A stretch of DNA of 64,000 bases from Chiloscyllium plagiosum. Lineage: Eukaryota. The notes under the pieces were generated by a model. It had not been told where the DNA came from and ran no database searches. It saw nothing but the letters and a program-made list of their open reading frames with translations. Shown one piece after another: positions 25,367 to 39,039 of this stretch. The stretch's first letter is position 1, and each line of letters opens with the position of its first letter. The position numbers and the translations under genes were made by a program. The stretch lies in the NCBI RefSeq assembly GCF_004010195.1, contig NC_057719.1, positions 51,466,920-51,530,919 of the forward strand, read 5' to 3'.

Positions 25367-26571
25367 CCTACTGCAGTTAGTGCAGAATCCTTGAAGTCAG
25401 GGCAATATCGCATAGCAGTACTGCACTACTCCCTATTGATTTCAGAAATGTCACAGAAATCTATAAACCACAACACACTGCTACAACTGCAGCAACAACT
25501 AGTAGAAATCAGACAGCAACTTGGAAATAGTTGGCAATCCCTCTAAGTAGGGCTGATTGGTTTTTGATCATGTGCTGAAAATATATTGAACTGTGCAAAG
25601 TTTTCCCAAGGTCACAGTATTTGCTGTCAATGTACTGGAGCAGGAATTCAGTGCTGCTGATGTGAAAATTATGCTCCTTTTGCTGCTGCCTCCAGTTTGC
25701 TGCCCTGTTTCCATTTCACTTACGGCCCCTATGTGCCATTCCCATCCCCACCGTGTCCATTGCAGTTTGCCAACTTGCTCAGTGCTGCATTCAGGTGACA
25801 GGCAGTATGTGAGGTATCAACAGCTCTCTCCAAGAGGTCTTCTGAGGCAACAGTTTTGCACATACTTTATAAATGGGCAAATTTTATTTTAATTATTGAG
25901 GCAAATCTATCTCAAACTTTCAAATGCAGTGGGTAGGAAATGAGAAGGGTGGCTCGCTGGAAAATCTGTTGTTGACAATTAAGTGAAACGTTTCGCTGAG
26001 GCAGTTACCTGCAGCACCACTTGCAGTAACTGCATGAGCAGTGAGAGCGCTCCCTTCATTTGCAGTGGCAGCAACTGCATCCTATTAAGAAGGGTGTCAG
26101 TATAAGTGGTGAACTCTAAAATGGCACTAATGATGTCAAATCAATGTTAAATGCTGATTCATGTCATGACCTTCTGACTCTGCCTCTTCTGGCAGTGTTC
26201 AGTATGCATCAAAATGATATCCTGTGTGCCCAGCATCAGAAATGAGTCTTCACATCAGGACGCTGGTATTTGAGGCAGAGATGACACCTACAACACAGAC
26301 AAACTGAGTGCTACAATGCCAAATTTTGCAACTTGGTTTCTCAGGATGGTTCCCATAAAAGTGGGATACAATTTTAAATTGTGAATAGAATAAAATTCAG
26401 GGCATAGCCATTCAGTCTGGATTAGTCAAATAGTTAAACTGGAGGTGAAAACAGTATTGAAGGGATTATCTAATTGTGAACTGCAAGGCTGGGGAACAAA
26501 TTGTTAGAGGTCTTTAAAGTGTTGAAAGAATTTGATAGAGCAGCACAGAGTGAAAGTTCTCACTTTTGTGC

Positions 26572-26921
26572 TGTAGTGGTAAAGTCCCTGGACTAGTAAT
26601 CCAGAAATCCAGGCAAATTACCTGGAGGCATGGATTCAAATCTCATTGTGGCAGCTGGTGGAATTTAAGTTTGATGAATTAATTAATCTGAATTAATCTA
26701 AATCTGAATGGTGACCATGACACATGATATCATCCATTGTTGTGAAAACCCATCTGGTTCACTAATATAATTTAGTCAAGGAAATCTGCTGGTCTGACCT
26801 GCATATGATTCCAGATGGAATGTAGTCTTAACTTTCATTTGAAATGGCCTAGCAAGTCACTCAGTCTAAGGATAATTAGGAATGAGTCAGTGATATCCAC
26901 ATTCCATGAAAGAGTAAAAAA
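26572..26921 (+). mobile_element. tRNA-headed SINE sharing both ends with the second LINE family
   Basis: GTAGTGGTAAAG (A-box-like), GGATTCAAATCTC (B-box-like), CATCTGGTTCACTAAT core and a CACATTCCATGAAAGAGTAAAAA tail. Confidence 0.7.
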
Positions 26922-27039
26922 TAACTTGTGAGGATGTTCAAAACTAGAGTCACCAACACATGACAGACACCAAGAAATTAAATAGGGAATTCAGGAAAAG
27001 AACTTCGTTATTTGGAGACTGGTGAGAATTTGGAACTTA

Positions 27040-27257
27040 CAGGTAGTCCTTCCATAACGCAATGGTTGTGTTCTTGTGCAACCCGGTATTATAGGAAAAT
27101 TGTGTTTAGAAACACTGCTTAACATGTTGGTGATGTAATCTTGTCATGGCCAACGCACATTTTAAAAATTTGCACTTTAGAAACAGTGTCCCCAATTTGT
27201 CAAACACATTACAACAATTTTGCGTTAACTAAACATGTGTTATAATAGAACAACCTG
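27040..27257. mobile_element. Tigger/pogo-like MITE
   Basis: TA|CAGGTAGTCCTTCCATAAC ... GTTATAATAGAACAACCTG|TA. Confidence 0.75.
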
Positions 27258-27325
27258 TAATACAAGGATAATGTGAGGTAGCATTTAAGGGGAAGATGGA
27301 TAAGCATATCAATGAAAATGGAATA

Positions 27326-28112
27326 CGGGTAGTTCTGGGATAACGTGAGCTTCAACTATAACATTGCTGAAGAATTAGGGAATGGTGTTTTGGAGAACCC
27401 TTACCCACGTTGGTAATAGCGTGATTTCAGTGGGGATGGGTTTGCACGCGTGCACGCGTGCTGAATGTGTGCACCAAAATCTCCAAGCCATTCTACGCAT
27501 GTGCTGGTGTTCTTGCCATTCTGTACATGCACCGGTGTCTGCACATACACGATAATGGTGCTGGTCTTCAAGACGTTCTGCACATGCACCGGGATCTATG
27601 TGCCGTGCTATGCATCCACAATGTTAGCTGAAGTCACTGTGCCGTTCTGCACATGCGCAATGTGGGCTCCGGTCTTATGCTGTTCTGTGCGTGCACGACG
27701 TTGGTGTTGGTCTATGTATTTCCGATGACTGCACCAATGTCTCTGCTCCATTCTGTACATGTGCAATGTCAGCGCTGGTCTTCCTGCCGTACCACACGTG
27801 TTGACGTCAGCTGCTGACAGAGCAGCTTTCTGTGAGAGGTATTGTACAGAGAGCAGATTTCTTAGATTTTTAAAATATATTCTGTTAAATTTACTTATGT
27901 TTTGTTAATAAATATGATTTCAACCTTCATTCAGGCTGTGCTATATTTTGTGTTAGACTTTTGAGTGATCTCTGAGTAATCGTGAGTGATATTTTTTCCT
28001 GGTCTGCCCCTAACCCCACTTTTCCCGTAGGCCCCATTATTTATATTAAGCGATTTTCTATTAGGGGAGGTTTTGCTAGAACACAACTACGGCATTATAG
28101 GAGAACTACCTT
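27326..28112. mobile_element. Tigger/pogo-like non-autonomous element with internal degenerate tandem repeat
   Basis: TA|CGGGTAGTTCTGGGATAACG ... CATTATAGGAGAACTACCTT|TA, with repeated TTCTGY(G/A)CATGYGC units at 27440-27810. Confidence 0.7.
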
Positions 28113-28877
28113 TATAATGAAGAATTAAGCTGATAGATTCTGATTAGGGAAGCTTAAATGAAGCATTATGGTAACCTGGAGAGATTTGGCTGAATGGCCT
28201 GTTTAAGTGCTGTATATTCCCCATTATTTAATGTAAGTATTTGAGAAGTGCAACAAATGGCACTGCTGGTTGTGGCATTAAAGCAAAATGAACATTTATT
28301 TCACATCAGTAGAATAAAAGCAAAGTTACACAAATATAAACTAAGAACTAAGAAACAGTCAGGCAGCATAAAGTTTGTCAAGATGGAAGATCTATGATGT
28401 AGAGTTGCTGACACCATCCTCTTTCCTGGTATGAATTGACAGCACGTGCTTTAGCTGACATAATAAACTACTAGGCAGTTGAACAAGGAGAGGGTCTTAT
28501 TTTAAATAAATTGGAGCTTATTGCATGCTAGCAACTAGGTACAAGTTACAGTCGTATCTTAGATTGATACTGAGACTGAGAACATCCCAATGCTCGCTTC
28601 TATTGTATCCTACTCTATCTTTGAAATAGAAAGATAATCATCCAAGTCCAAACATCATAATTTCATTGTGTGGTGCTTAATGGACTCCTTTGACCCTTTC
28701 AGACCCTTACAACCTTTTACAACAAAATTCAATCTTGACTGAGCTGAGTTAGTTTACTTTATCTGTGGTAGTGGTAGGGTACATTACAACTGACTACATC
28801 ATTCCTGAGTTAGGGAGGAGGATATAAAACAGTGATCCTGCTTTAGATTGTTCTGCTGAAATCTGTGCTGGTAACTA

Positions 28878-28972
28878 CATCCTGAAGAAGGGCTTATGCC
28901 CGAAATGTCGATTCTCCTGCTCCTTTGATGCTGCCTGACCTGCTGCGCTTTTCCAGCAACACATTTTTAAGC
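28878..28972 (+). mobile_element. PLE mini-fragment (family A) starting at the hammerhead core (28882-28909)
   Basis: CCTGAAGAAGGGCTTATGCCCGAAATGTCGATTCTCC...TTCCAGCAACACATTTTTAAGC. Confidence 0.8.
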
Positions 28973-29806
28973 ACACCGTCTCCCCACCCTTTCTTCAGGC
29001 CCAGTTACCTGCATCAAGGCAGCATTAGTCAGAAAGGAAGGACTTGCTCAGACAGGCTCTCTGAACAGGAACAGCCAGATAATTTGCTGTTTGCTTAATA
29101 ATTGTCCTTGCCAGATCATTTTCCGTTTGAACCATAGGGCCTGTCTATATGTTCCTGCTGAGAGGCATCTGTTCTCTCTCTTACAGCAGCCCAAGTGTCC
29201 AATATTTGAAGAACAGGAAGGGCTGGAAATGCATATCCATGAGGAAGAAATTTAATTCACATCCATCCAATTATGCTCAATCTTACTCTCCTCCCAGAAT
29301 TTTACGACCCCTTCAGAAATATTGAGCCTTCTTAAGCATATGGAATATTAAGTAATATATGTCATTTAAATCAAAGGTTACAATGAAATGTTACTTTGTT
29401 CTGTCAATTCTTACATGCTGTTTTTTCTCACTAGACTACTTGGTAGACAATAGCATTTCAACAGTTTTTATGCTACTCCCTAGTGATCATATTAAAATTA
29501 GTGCATGTCCTTGTTCTTAAGGAGAATATTTTTTGTGAATTCTAAGAAGCTTTAATTTGCACAGTGGAAAACAAAAGCTTTAAAAGAAAATGTGGGAAGC
29601 AATCCTTGAGATTTTATTTTTAATGACTTTTTAATATCTAAATCACAGTTCATTCTCTCAATTCTTTTTTTCACTGTTATGACTCTATGACTCTATGTTA
29701 CTCAAGCTGGCAAGGAAGTACAGAGTTAAAGATGTGAAGGAGAAAAACAAGTAACCAGAGAGCTAAAGACACAAGAAAAAAAGGTCCAAAAAGACAACCA
29801 AAAAGG

Positions 29807-30105
29807 GATTAGATTCCCTCCAGTGTGGAAACAGGCCCTTCGGCCCAACAAGTCCACGCCGACCCTCCGAAGAGCAACCCACCCATCCCCCTGACTAATC
29901 CACCTAACACTATGGACAATTTAGCATGGCGGATCCCCCTGACCTGCACATCTTTGGACTGTGGGAGGAAACCAGAGTACCCAGAGGAAACCCACGCAGA
30001 CACGGAGAGAATATGCAAACTCCACACAGTTGCCCGAGCTGGGAATTGAACCTGGGTCCCTGGCGCTGTGAGGCAGCAGTGCTAACCACTGAGCCACTGT
30101 GCCGC
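29807..30105 (-). mobile_element. HE1-like SINE, full length
   Basis: tRNA head (GTGGCTCAGTGG A-box, GGTTCAATTCC B-box), central domain and CR1-derived tail. Confidence 0.9.
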
Positions 30106-30876
30106 TCCCTGTATGATTACAGTAAATCATAAATATTAAGTGGGTAGATTTTCAAATTGTCACCTAAATATAAGCCTGTCAGCTACATACATCAATCAAC
30201 AGAAATGAATATTAGATGGTCTGTTTGCAATTTAAAATCTCAGATCAATAGTTTTAATTTATAAATGCAAATAAAAACACACCAAGAAAGAAGGTTTTGC
30301 AAAAGTAATTTCATTAAGTGCCTGCTCTAAATCAATAGTATACTAAAGATTTCATTTTGTCTCCTCAAAGCAGGAATAATGAAGCCACATTCTTACTAGT
30401 ATGTAGATTTCCTGAGAGGGATTACAACATAGCCTATGAACTATCCTTGCAATATTATATCCCTCTTGAATTAGAGGGCACTGTAATTCTCACAGATTTG
30501 CAGGGCTCAACAATCCAGCAAAACTGCACTAGTTCTAAATGGAAGACCACTGCAGTTTACAGATTTAGCACAGAACTGACCTACTTGGGTGACTGCTTAA
30601 AGGACTTTAAAATTCTGATGCAAAAATAAAATGCTAACTCGTTGGCTTTCTCTTTAGCTATGTGATAATTTTATTTGATTTTGATTGTGTTTGAAATATA
30701 TCTAAATATTTTAAGTTCATTACATTTTCTTTCTGTCTTAAAAATGGTTATTCCTGACAGCAGCCCTCCATCACTGTGTACAAGTAACCATTTTTCCAAT
30801 ATGACAGTCTGTTGATAAACGGTTCAGTAGGAGTAACATAACAGCTAAGCCCAATACACTTGTCAACAAAGCCTCA

Positions 30877-30972
30877 TATGGTGCTAGTAGTGTCCGAAGC
30901 ATTGGGTTCAACTCCCACTTGCTCCAGGCATGTGTCATAACATATCTGAACAGGTTGATTAAAAACATCTAT
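30877..30972 (+). mobile_element. Short tRNA-like SINE (family also at 41500 and 41627)
   Basis: GGGTTCAACTCCCACTTGCTCCAG...GTGTCATAACATATCTGAACAGGTTGATTAAAAA. Confidence 0.55.
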
Positions 30973-31861
30973 ACTTGTCATCATAGATCATTGAAAAGGA
31001 AAACTAGATTGATTTTCCCCCCTTATAGCCTCGGGGTTGAAGTCAATAAAATTACTTTCATTGCCACTCTTTGAGCACAGGATTGACTATGCAATCAATC
31101 AATTCCCTTAATTCTTCTAGCATTCCATCAGTCTACTCTATGAACAGTACCTTAGAGTACTTCATTACTTTTAAGAGGTAATAATAATGCAAATGACAAC
31201 GCAAATGGAATTATACAAAGTAAATGAGAAGGAAATGATAGAAATTTTTATTTCATAAATTTATTCCACAAATACAGATTTGTTGTTTTGAAATTCAAGA
31301 TCTGACTCTTGTGTTCAAACTCTCTTCAAATTCACCATGAGAATAACAGCTCTTGTAAGTTTCAGTTACTGTCCTGATAGACTGAATTATTACAATAATG
31401 AGTCACTTAATGTATCATCATTGCAAAGTCTGTATAAAAGCATCATATGTCTTTTGTGATTATATATTTTGTACAGATCAAAAAGGGCTCGATTGAGTGC
31501 AGTTAAAAGGAATACTTAATTTGTAATTTGTACAATATTATGTTTTGAATTAACAGAAGTTACTTAGCTATAGAGGCATTGATTTTCTTCAGAGAGTCTT
31601 CCAGTTTTCAAATGAATTCTGGAAGGAGTCTGATGGGAACCAGCAGAAAGTGGCAGCATATCATTCGCACCAAGTCCTAACTGTTTCTGGGATTTTTAGG
31701 TGCATTTATAGGGCACTAAAACTTTGCCTGCTCCTTTTAATTAAAGTCATTATGGGGGATGGCCATGATCTGAGGGAAAGGAGAAGCAGGCACCTTAATT
31801 AAAATGCCCATGGACCTAACATAATTTGTGGGCCAATAATCTCTAATAGATGGACACAAAA

Positions 31862-32367
31862 AAGATGTTGTGAAACTTGAAAGGGTTCAGAAAAGATTTA
31901 CAAGGATGTTGCCAGGGTTGGAGAATTTGAGCTATAGTTAGACGTTGAATAGGCTAGAGCTGTTTTCCCTGGAGCATCAGAGGCTGAGGGGTGACCTTAT
32001 AGAGGTTTATAAAATCATGAGGGGCATTGATAGGATAAATAGACAAAGTCTTTTCCCTGGGGTGGGGGAGTCCAGAATTAGAGGACATAAGTTTAGGGTG
32101 AGAAGGGAATGACATAAAAGAGACCTAAGGGGCAACTTTTTCACGGAGACGGTGGTATGTGTATGGAATGAGCTGCCAGAGAAAGTGGTGGAGGCTAGTA
32201 CAATTGCAACATTTAAAAGGCATCTGGATGGGTATATGAATAGGAAGGGTTCAGAGGGATATGAGCCGGGCATTGGCAGATGGGACTAGATTGGGTTGGA
32301 TATCTGGTCAGCATGGACAAGTTGGACTGAAGGGTCTGTTTCTGAGCTGTACATCTCTATGACTCTA
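31862..32367 (+). mobile_element. CR1 LINE 3' end
   Basis: Closely similar to 49493-50000. Confidence 0.9.
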
Positions 32368-35026
32368 AGTGGGGTTTATGAGTTGGGGGAAAGTGCGAAG
32401 CATAGCCAAGCCAGGGAGGTGCTGTGCCACAGAACCCATAAATGTAGGTGCTTCATGGAGTATGTACATTGAGAAACTCTCTCTAGGCACCAGTTTTATC
32501 AGGTGTGCAGCAGGCAGTTGCATGCATCAGGAATATGCCTACAATAACTGTCATCTACTTCCCCATTCAAATTGGTGCTGTTCCATAAACCCCAGGGATC
32601 AGATTCCTGGTTTAACAGCAGGATTAAATACTGCTGTTTTACTTATTTATTTACCAGCTGATATATTTATTGCAATAGAGCAACAATAGAAGGTACCTCC
32701 GTACAACCAGGAGATTATTTACACTTATAGAACAGTCCCATAAATGTGTGCTGTATGTTTGCATAAAGCAGCAAAATTCAGTCCAGTTGCTCCCATTTAT
32801 ATGAATCATTGTCATAGCAAGTCACAGCTGCCATCACATCATTACATTGACAATTCCATACCTGAGGATCTAATTTGAGCAGTTGATTTTAACTACAAAT
32901 CTCCAATTATCTTTTACTTTTTTAGTTTATTGATTGCATATCAGAGTTCCTTTTTAAAAATCAAAATTCATGGACCAGGATCCTGAATTAGGATGAATAG
33001 TAATTACTTCGATAGAGAAACGTATCTGCAAATGCATTTGTTCCAGTTCTCAAATCAGGACAAAATATCAGCTGCTAAGCCAGAGGAACTGGATCCAACT
33101 TGTCCAATGTGATTTATTAGAGTTTCTATTTTTGCCTCACTGCTGCTATTAAAATACTAATCAACTCTGACAGAACATCGTAGCCAAATTAAAAATAATC
33201 AGCAGCCTAGTCTGATCAAGTATGTGGATTGTATGTTGACGTATTTTGCAGTTTTAAAATTAAAATAAAAATGCCATTGCCCTCATCTACAACCTCAAGG
33301 GAGACTGATCCTGCAGCACTAATGACTTAATCAACAACTAGATATGCAGTTTTCTTTTCATTATCTTTTCCCCAGGTTCTATCATAGAACACCGGCCCTA
33401 AGGACATTTTAAATAACCTTCATATTTGGATATCATGCATGACTGGGTTCTGATTTCAATACACTGTACTTACTTTACATTGATGAATGAAATAAATGGT
33501 CTATCAAATTCAGCCTCAAGGGATAACTGCCATACTAATAATTTCTCAGCCACAACCCAAATCGGCCAATTGTATTCTACACAAGCAGAAGCAAGCATAG
33601 ACTAAGGTTTTAAATATATTGATACTGACAAAAAATTCCACCCCACACAACAGGAAAGCTGAACACAGAGGACAGATTCTTCCCAGAAACAGAACAATGT
33701 GGAAGTGGTGAGGAATTTGTGAGTTGGCTAGAAAGTAGCTTCCTGATGACGTGAGCAAAAAGTCCCATTTTCCAATCCAATGCTGAGTGGAAAGATACGA
33801 TTCTCAGTGGTGAGCAGTGAGAGGACTATTTACAAGCATTAACATTTCCATTATAATGTCATTGTACCTCATTGGTATTCAGTTTCCCATTCTCTCAGCC
33901 ACCAGATAGAAACAATTCCCAACATGCAAGTTAAGAGTACCAACCTGTAGACTCCAGCTACAGCTCACTCCTCTGGCTTTCCATTAGTCACCGATATCAC
34001 AGGGCAACTGCACACATTTCCTGTCCAGCAGGACCTCAAGAACTCTGTCAGCAAAGTAGGATGCCAATTTGCTTCTGCTTGATACAGCTGGGTAATTGAC
34101 AGGAACTACGCAGGACAGTTGCAGCTAGCCAGGGCTTGATGAGGTGAACCAGACTGTGCTTTAAAGATGGTGCTCACGAGGAATCTCATGAGGTTCTGGC
34201 AGTGACCAGTACTTCTGTCTCAGGAGATTGGGAGAATATGACGAGGAGGTGTCATAAGTGTGTGTTGCATTGATAATGCAATGAGTTTGGGAAGATAGTA
34301 TGCAAAAAGTCCATGAAATTCACCAAAATTGATACTGAGCAGATTTCTGGTCAAATTCAGCCCAGAAAATCCAGAAACCAACATAGCTAGCACTAAATAT
34401 ATCGCTCTAGACCAGTCTCCTCTCCTTCTCGTAAGGAGAGGAAAAAAATCTAACATGAAAATATATTCAGAAAAGCTGGTACCAAGGACAGGGTGTGAAC
34501 TAATTCACACAAGTTCTGCCTAAAATTAGATGAAACCTAAACTGTTAGCTGACAATACTCCACACACTTATTTTAAAATTATACATTTGACAGTCTACAC
34601 CACGAAGACAACAGAGACAGAAAGGCGGGGGCTCAATTTTGCAGCTGGAATTGTTTTGTGTGCTGATATGTGTTCGCAAGTAGCTCTTGATCATGGGGGA
34701 TCAGTGGAGCAGACAAGGATTTCAGTGATTTGAGTTGGCATTGCTAATATCAGTTACATTTTATATAAGCCATCAAGATAAAAACAACTTAGTGTTTCAT
34801 TTCAACTTTTAAATAAAGTGTCATTATTAATCTGTTTGCTTCTGTGAAGTGAGTGATGATAGCTTTTGCTCAGTTCCAAGCAAGGCTTTTTATTGAATTT
34901 ACTTATGATAAGAGAAACAATTGTTGACTCTTCAATCAACTGGGTTAAAGGAAACTGTTAAATGCAGAATGATATAGTATGTATTGCTGAGAAACCAAAG
35001 CTTAACAGCCTCAGTTTCATTTTAAA

Positions 35027-35334
35027 TTAGAATAGATTCCCTACAGTGTGGAAACAGACCATTTGGCTCAACAAATCCACACCAACCCTCTGAAATCCAC
35101 ACTAACGCACCCCCATCTGACTAATGCACCTAACACTATGGGCAATTTAGCATGGCCAATTCACCTGATCAGCACATCTTTGGACCATGGGGGGAAACCG
35201 GAGCACCCAGAGGAAACTCACGCAGACAGAGGGAGAATGTGCAAACTCCACACAGTCGCCCAAGGCTGGAAATGAACCTAGGTCCCTCGTACTGCAAGGC
35301 AGCAGTGCTAACCACTGAGCCACCATGCCACCCA
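35027..35334 (-). mobile_element. HE1-like SINE, full length
   Basis: Collinear with 29807-30105. Confidence 0.88.
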
Positions 35335-35874
35335 TTCTGTTACAGTAACCAGGATCAGCAATAACTTACTATCAATTCTTGGAAAAGATGTTATGGCTAT
35401 TGTGATATCTGATAAAACACTTCATAAGGAAATAAATGTGAGCCGCTCGTCACCAAAAATCCAGCTTGGCAACCGAGTAAAGCTATTTTTATTAACATCG
35501 ACAAGATTATATGTTTTGAAAGGTATCATGTTCAGCTTTTATTTTATCACCATACTGTTTGTTAAACAATAAAACAATTTAGAAGTACCATAATGCAATT
35601 AGTGAAGATACAGGAAGCAATTTGCAAGGCAAAATCCCCAGGGGCAAACTGGGGACTCAAAACAAATAATAATTTGCATTTATAAAACATGTTCAATGCA
35701 GACAAATAAACCAAGTTCATTTACAGAAGTGGAATTTAAAATGAATGGATTCCATTCCAAACAAGAGTTACATTTGGATGTGTGGTCAAAAGCCTGGTTG
35801 AAGAGCTGGATTTTAAGAACAGTCTTAAAGTAGCAGGGTGTGATATGGAGGCAGAGCAATTATTTATTGAAGAC

Positions 35875-37886
35875 TTTTTTTATTTATTTCAAAAATATAC
35901 TTTGTTCATAGAAATCTTTTGATATCTGTACAGTAGATGATGCCATTCATATATACATTACATATCTTTACATACAGAGATCAGACTGAATCATTTGTAT
36001 ATACAAGTCTGTATGTTGATCATCCAGATGTTTAGCTGAGACATCAGCGGAGCCCAATTACTGAATGGCCCCCCATTGTTCTTCGGCAGGCAGACCTTAC
36101 ATGGTGGCCTTTCCCCACCGCACCTTGGTGGCAGCTGCCCAAGCTTCAGCACATCCCTCAGAATGTAGTCCTGGACCTTGGAATGTGCCAGTCTGCAACA
36201 CTCAGTCAGGGTCACCTCTTTCAGCTGGAAGATCAACAGGTTTCGGACAGACCAAAGAGCGTCTTTCACCAAGCTGATGATCCTCCAGGCACAGTTGATG
36301 TTCGTCTCAGTGTGCGTCCCAGGGAACAGACCGTAGAGCAAGGAGTGCCGCATCATGCAGCTGCTCGGGACGAATCTCGACAAACACCACTGCATTCACC
36401 TCCAGACTTCCTTTGCATAGACACATTCCGGAAGGAAGTGTGTGACAGTCTCGTCCCCTCCACAGCTGCTTCGAGGGCAGCGTGCAGTGCGCAGAGAGTC
36501 CGGGCATGCATAAAGGATCTCACAGGCAAAGCCCGTCTCACCACCAGCCAAGCCATGTCTTGGTGCTTGTTGGAAAGTTCTGGCGATGAGGCATTCTACC
36601 AAATGACTTTGACAGTCTGCCCAGGGAACTGCCCAACAGGATCTGCCCTCTCCTTTTCCCAAAGGGTCTCAAGGTCACTACATGCTGACCACTTCCTGAT
36701 GGATTTGTGGTCAAAGGTGTTTTTCTTCATAAATTTCTCCATGAAGGACAGGTGATGCGGAAGGGTTAAACTACTTGGAGCATTCCGTGGCAGTGAGGCC
36801 AGGCCCATCCTTCACAACATCGGGGACAGGTAGAACCTCAGTACGTAGTAACACTTGGTGTTTGCGTACCGGGGATCCACACACAGCTTGATGCAGCCAC
36901 ACACAAAGGTGGCCATCAGGGTGAGGGTGGCATTGGGTGTGTTTTATCCCCCTTTGCCCAGATTTTTATACATGGTGTCCCTTCGGACCCAGTCCATGTT
37001 TGATCTCCACATGAAGTGGAAGATGGCCCGGCACAGGTTCTGGGAATAGGCCAGGCCTGTGCCACGTATACCAACACTGGGAGTACCTCACAGCTCTTGA
37101 CCAGGTTTTTACCCGCGATGGAGAGCGACCGTTTCTCCCATCTGCCCAGTTTCTATCTCACTTTCCTGATACGATCCTCCCAAGACTTGGCACATGCCCC
37201 ATCCCCTCCAAACCAAATACCCAGCACCTTCAGGTGGTCAGTCCTGATGGCGAGGGGGACAGAGGATTGGTTGGCCCAATACCCAAAGAGCATGGCCTCG
37301 CTCTTACCTCTGTTTACCTTAACCCCCGAGGCCCGTTCGAAATGGTCACATATGCACATGAGTCTGTGCACGGACAGCGGATCTGAGCAAAAGACAGCGA
37401 CGTCATCCATGTACAGGGAAGCCTTAACCTGTAGGCTCCCGCTGCCAGGGATAGTCACCCCTCTCAGGCTCTGAGGCCCACACATTGATTGATACTGCAC
37501 TGACAATGTTGGTGTAGAGCAGTTGGATCCAGTTGCAGATTTCCTCCCCAAAGCCCATTTTGGAGAGAACATCGCTCATGTACTTGTGCGATATCCTGTC
37601 GAAGGCTTTCTTCTGGTCCAGGCTGATGAGGCAGGTGTCCACCCTCCTATCCTGCAGGTAGATGATCGTATCCCTGAGGAGTCCGAGATTCTCAGCGATC
37701 TTCCTGCCCAGTACAGCACAGGTTTGGTCAGGGTGAATCACTGATCCCAGAGCAGACCTAACCTGGTTGGCGATGAACTCTGACAGAATTTTGTAGTCTA
37801 CGTTTAACAGTGAAATTGGTCTCCAGTTTCTAATTTCCTCCCTCTCCCTTCTGCTTGTAGATGAGGGTGATGATGCTGTTCCTTCA
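35875..37886 (-). mobile_element. Tx1-clade (L1 group) LINE, 5'-truncated and decayed
   Basis: IRNWRPISLLNVDYKILS, IHPDQT, DQKKAFDRISH and SLYMDDVAV motifs, a C-terminal CPRSSCGGDETVTHFLPEC knuckle and an A-rich 3' end at 35875. The QG motif region is deleted. Confidence 0.9.
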
Positions 37887-37904
37887 CCACACACACACAC
37901 ACAC
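37887..37904. repeat. (CA)n microsatellite
   Basis: About 8-9 CA units between Tx1 and the PLE. Confidence 0.85.
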
Positions 37905-37918
37905 AAAATATATGCCCT

Positions 37919-39039
37919 GATAAGAACAAATGCTGGAGATCACAGTGGCTCAGACAGCATCCGTAAAGAGAGACCAAGCTAACATTACTAATCTAGATGA
38001 TTCTTCATCAGAATTGAAGGTAAATGTGGAGGGGACTGTATTTATGCTACAATTTTGGAGGGAGGGTGTTGGGGGAGTGGGTGTAGGGTGCATGATGAAG
38101 AAAAGATGTTGATAGTTCAGATTAAGTGATTGGAATGTGAGAATGGCAGAACAATGGTGTGCCTAATCACCAGACTTGAAAGGATTGTAAGTGGAATGGG
38201 GGGGAGGGGAGGACATGATAACAAGCTAAAATAAAGGGAAGAAATGAGAGTTGGTTCACAATTTGATGGTGTCGAACTCAATATTAAGTCCAGAAGGATG
38301 TAAAGTACCCTGTCTGCTAGTTTGCACTGTGATTCACTGAAACATTGCAGCATGCTGAGAACAGACAAGTGGTCATGTGATTAGGATACTGTGTTAAAAT
38401 GACCAGCTATAGATAGATGGGGTCCTGCTTGCCCACAGACTGGAGGTGTTCTGCAAAGCGGTCACCCTGTCTGTATTTGGTTTCTCCAATGTAGATTAAG
38501 CTAAATCAGATGCAGCGAAATTGGAGGAGATACAGGTGAAATGCTGCTTCACCTGGAAAGACTGTCTATTCCCTTGGATGTGAGCAAGGAGGATGTGAAG
38601 GGGCAAGTGTTGCACCTTCTGCTGTTACATAGGAAGGTGCCATGGAGAGGGGGAATTGGTGTTGGTGCTTATGGAATGGACTAGGGTGTTCCGGAGGGAA
38701 CAATCCCTGTGAAATGCAGTCAGGGGGAGTGAGGGAAAGATGTGTTTGGTGGTGGTGTTCTGCTGGATTTGTCTGAAATGGCAAAAAATGATCCATTGAA
38801 TGCAAAGGCAGGTGGGGTGAAAAGTGAGGACAAGGGACTCCCGATCATATTGTTGTGAGAGATGGAAGGAGCAAGGGTGAAAGCACGGGTGATAGGTCAG
38901 ATGTGGTTGAGGGCCATGTCAACCACAGTAGGTGGGAAAAAGCAAGAATCAACCATGGAAGAAGCAAGCCATGTCAGCAGCATTGTTTTGGAAGGTGGCA
39001 TCATCCGAACAGATGCAACATAGATGAAAGAACTGGAAG
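37919..39039 (-). mobile_element. PLE 1.1-kb 3' portion (GIY-YIG region) with 12-bp TSD
   Basis: Minus strand has YIGETK..GDRFAEHL-like coding at 38445-38495 and a decayed hammerhead at ~37980-38011. AATATATGCCCT occurs at 37907-37918 and 39040-39051. Confidence 0.85.

Larger units (their letters stand above)
26400..28220 (+). mobile_element. Very old CR1 3' end interrupted by a SINE and two MITEs
   Basis: Collinear CR1-like pieces at 26480-26550, 26925-27037, 27260-27325 and 28115-28220 (TTGGCTGAATGGCCTGTTTAAGTGCTGTA). Confidence 0.5.

Noticed and set aside
27440..27810. CRISPR-like repeat-spacer array
   Set aside because: The units are degenerate tandem repeats inside a MITE, with no identical repeats separated by unique spacers, no cas genes and a vertebrate context.
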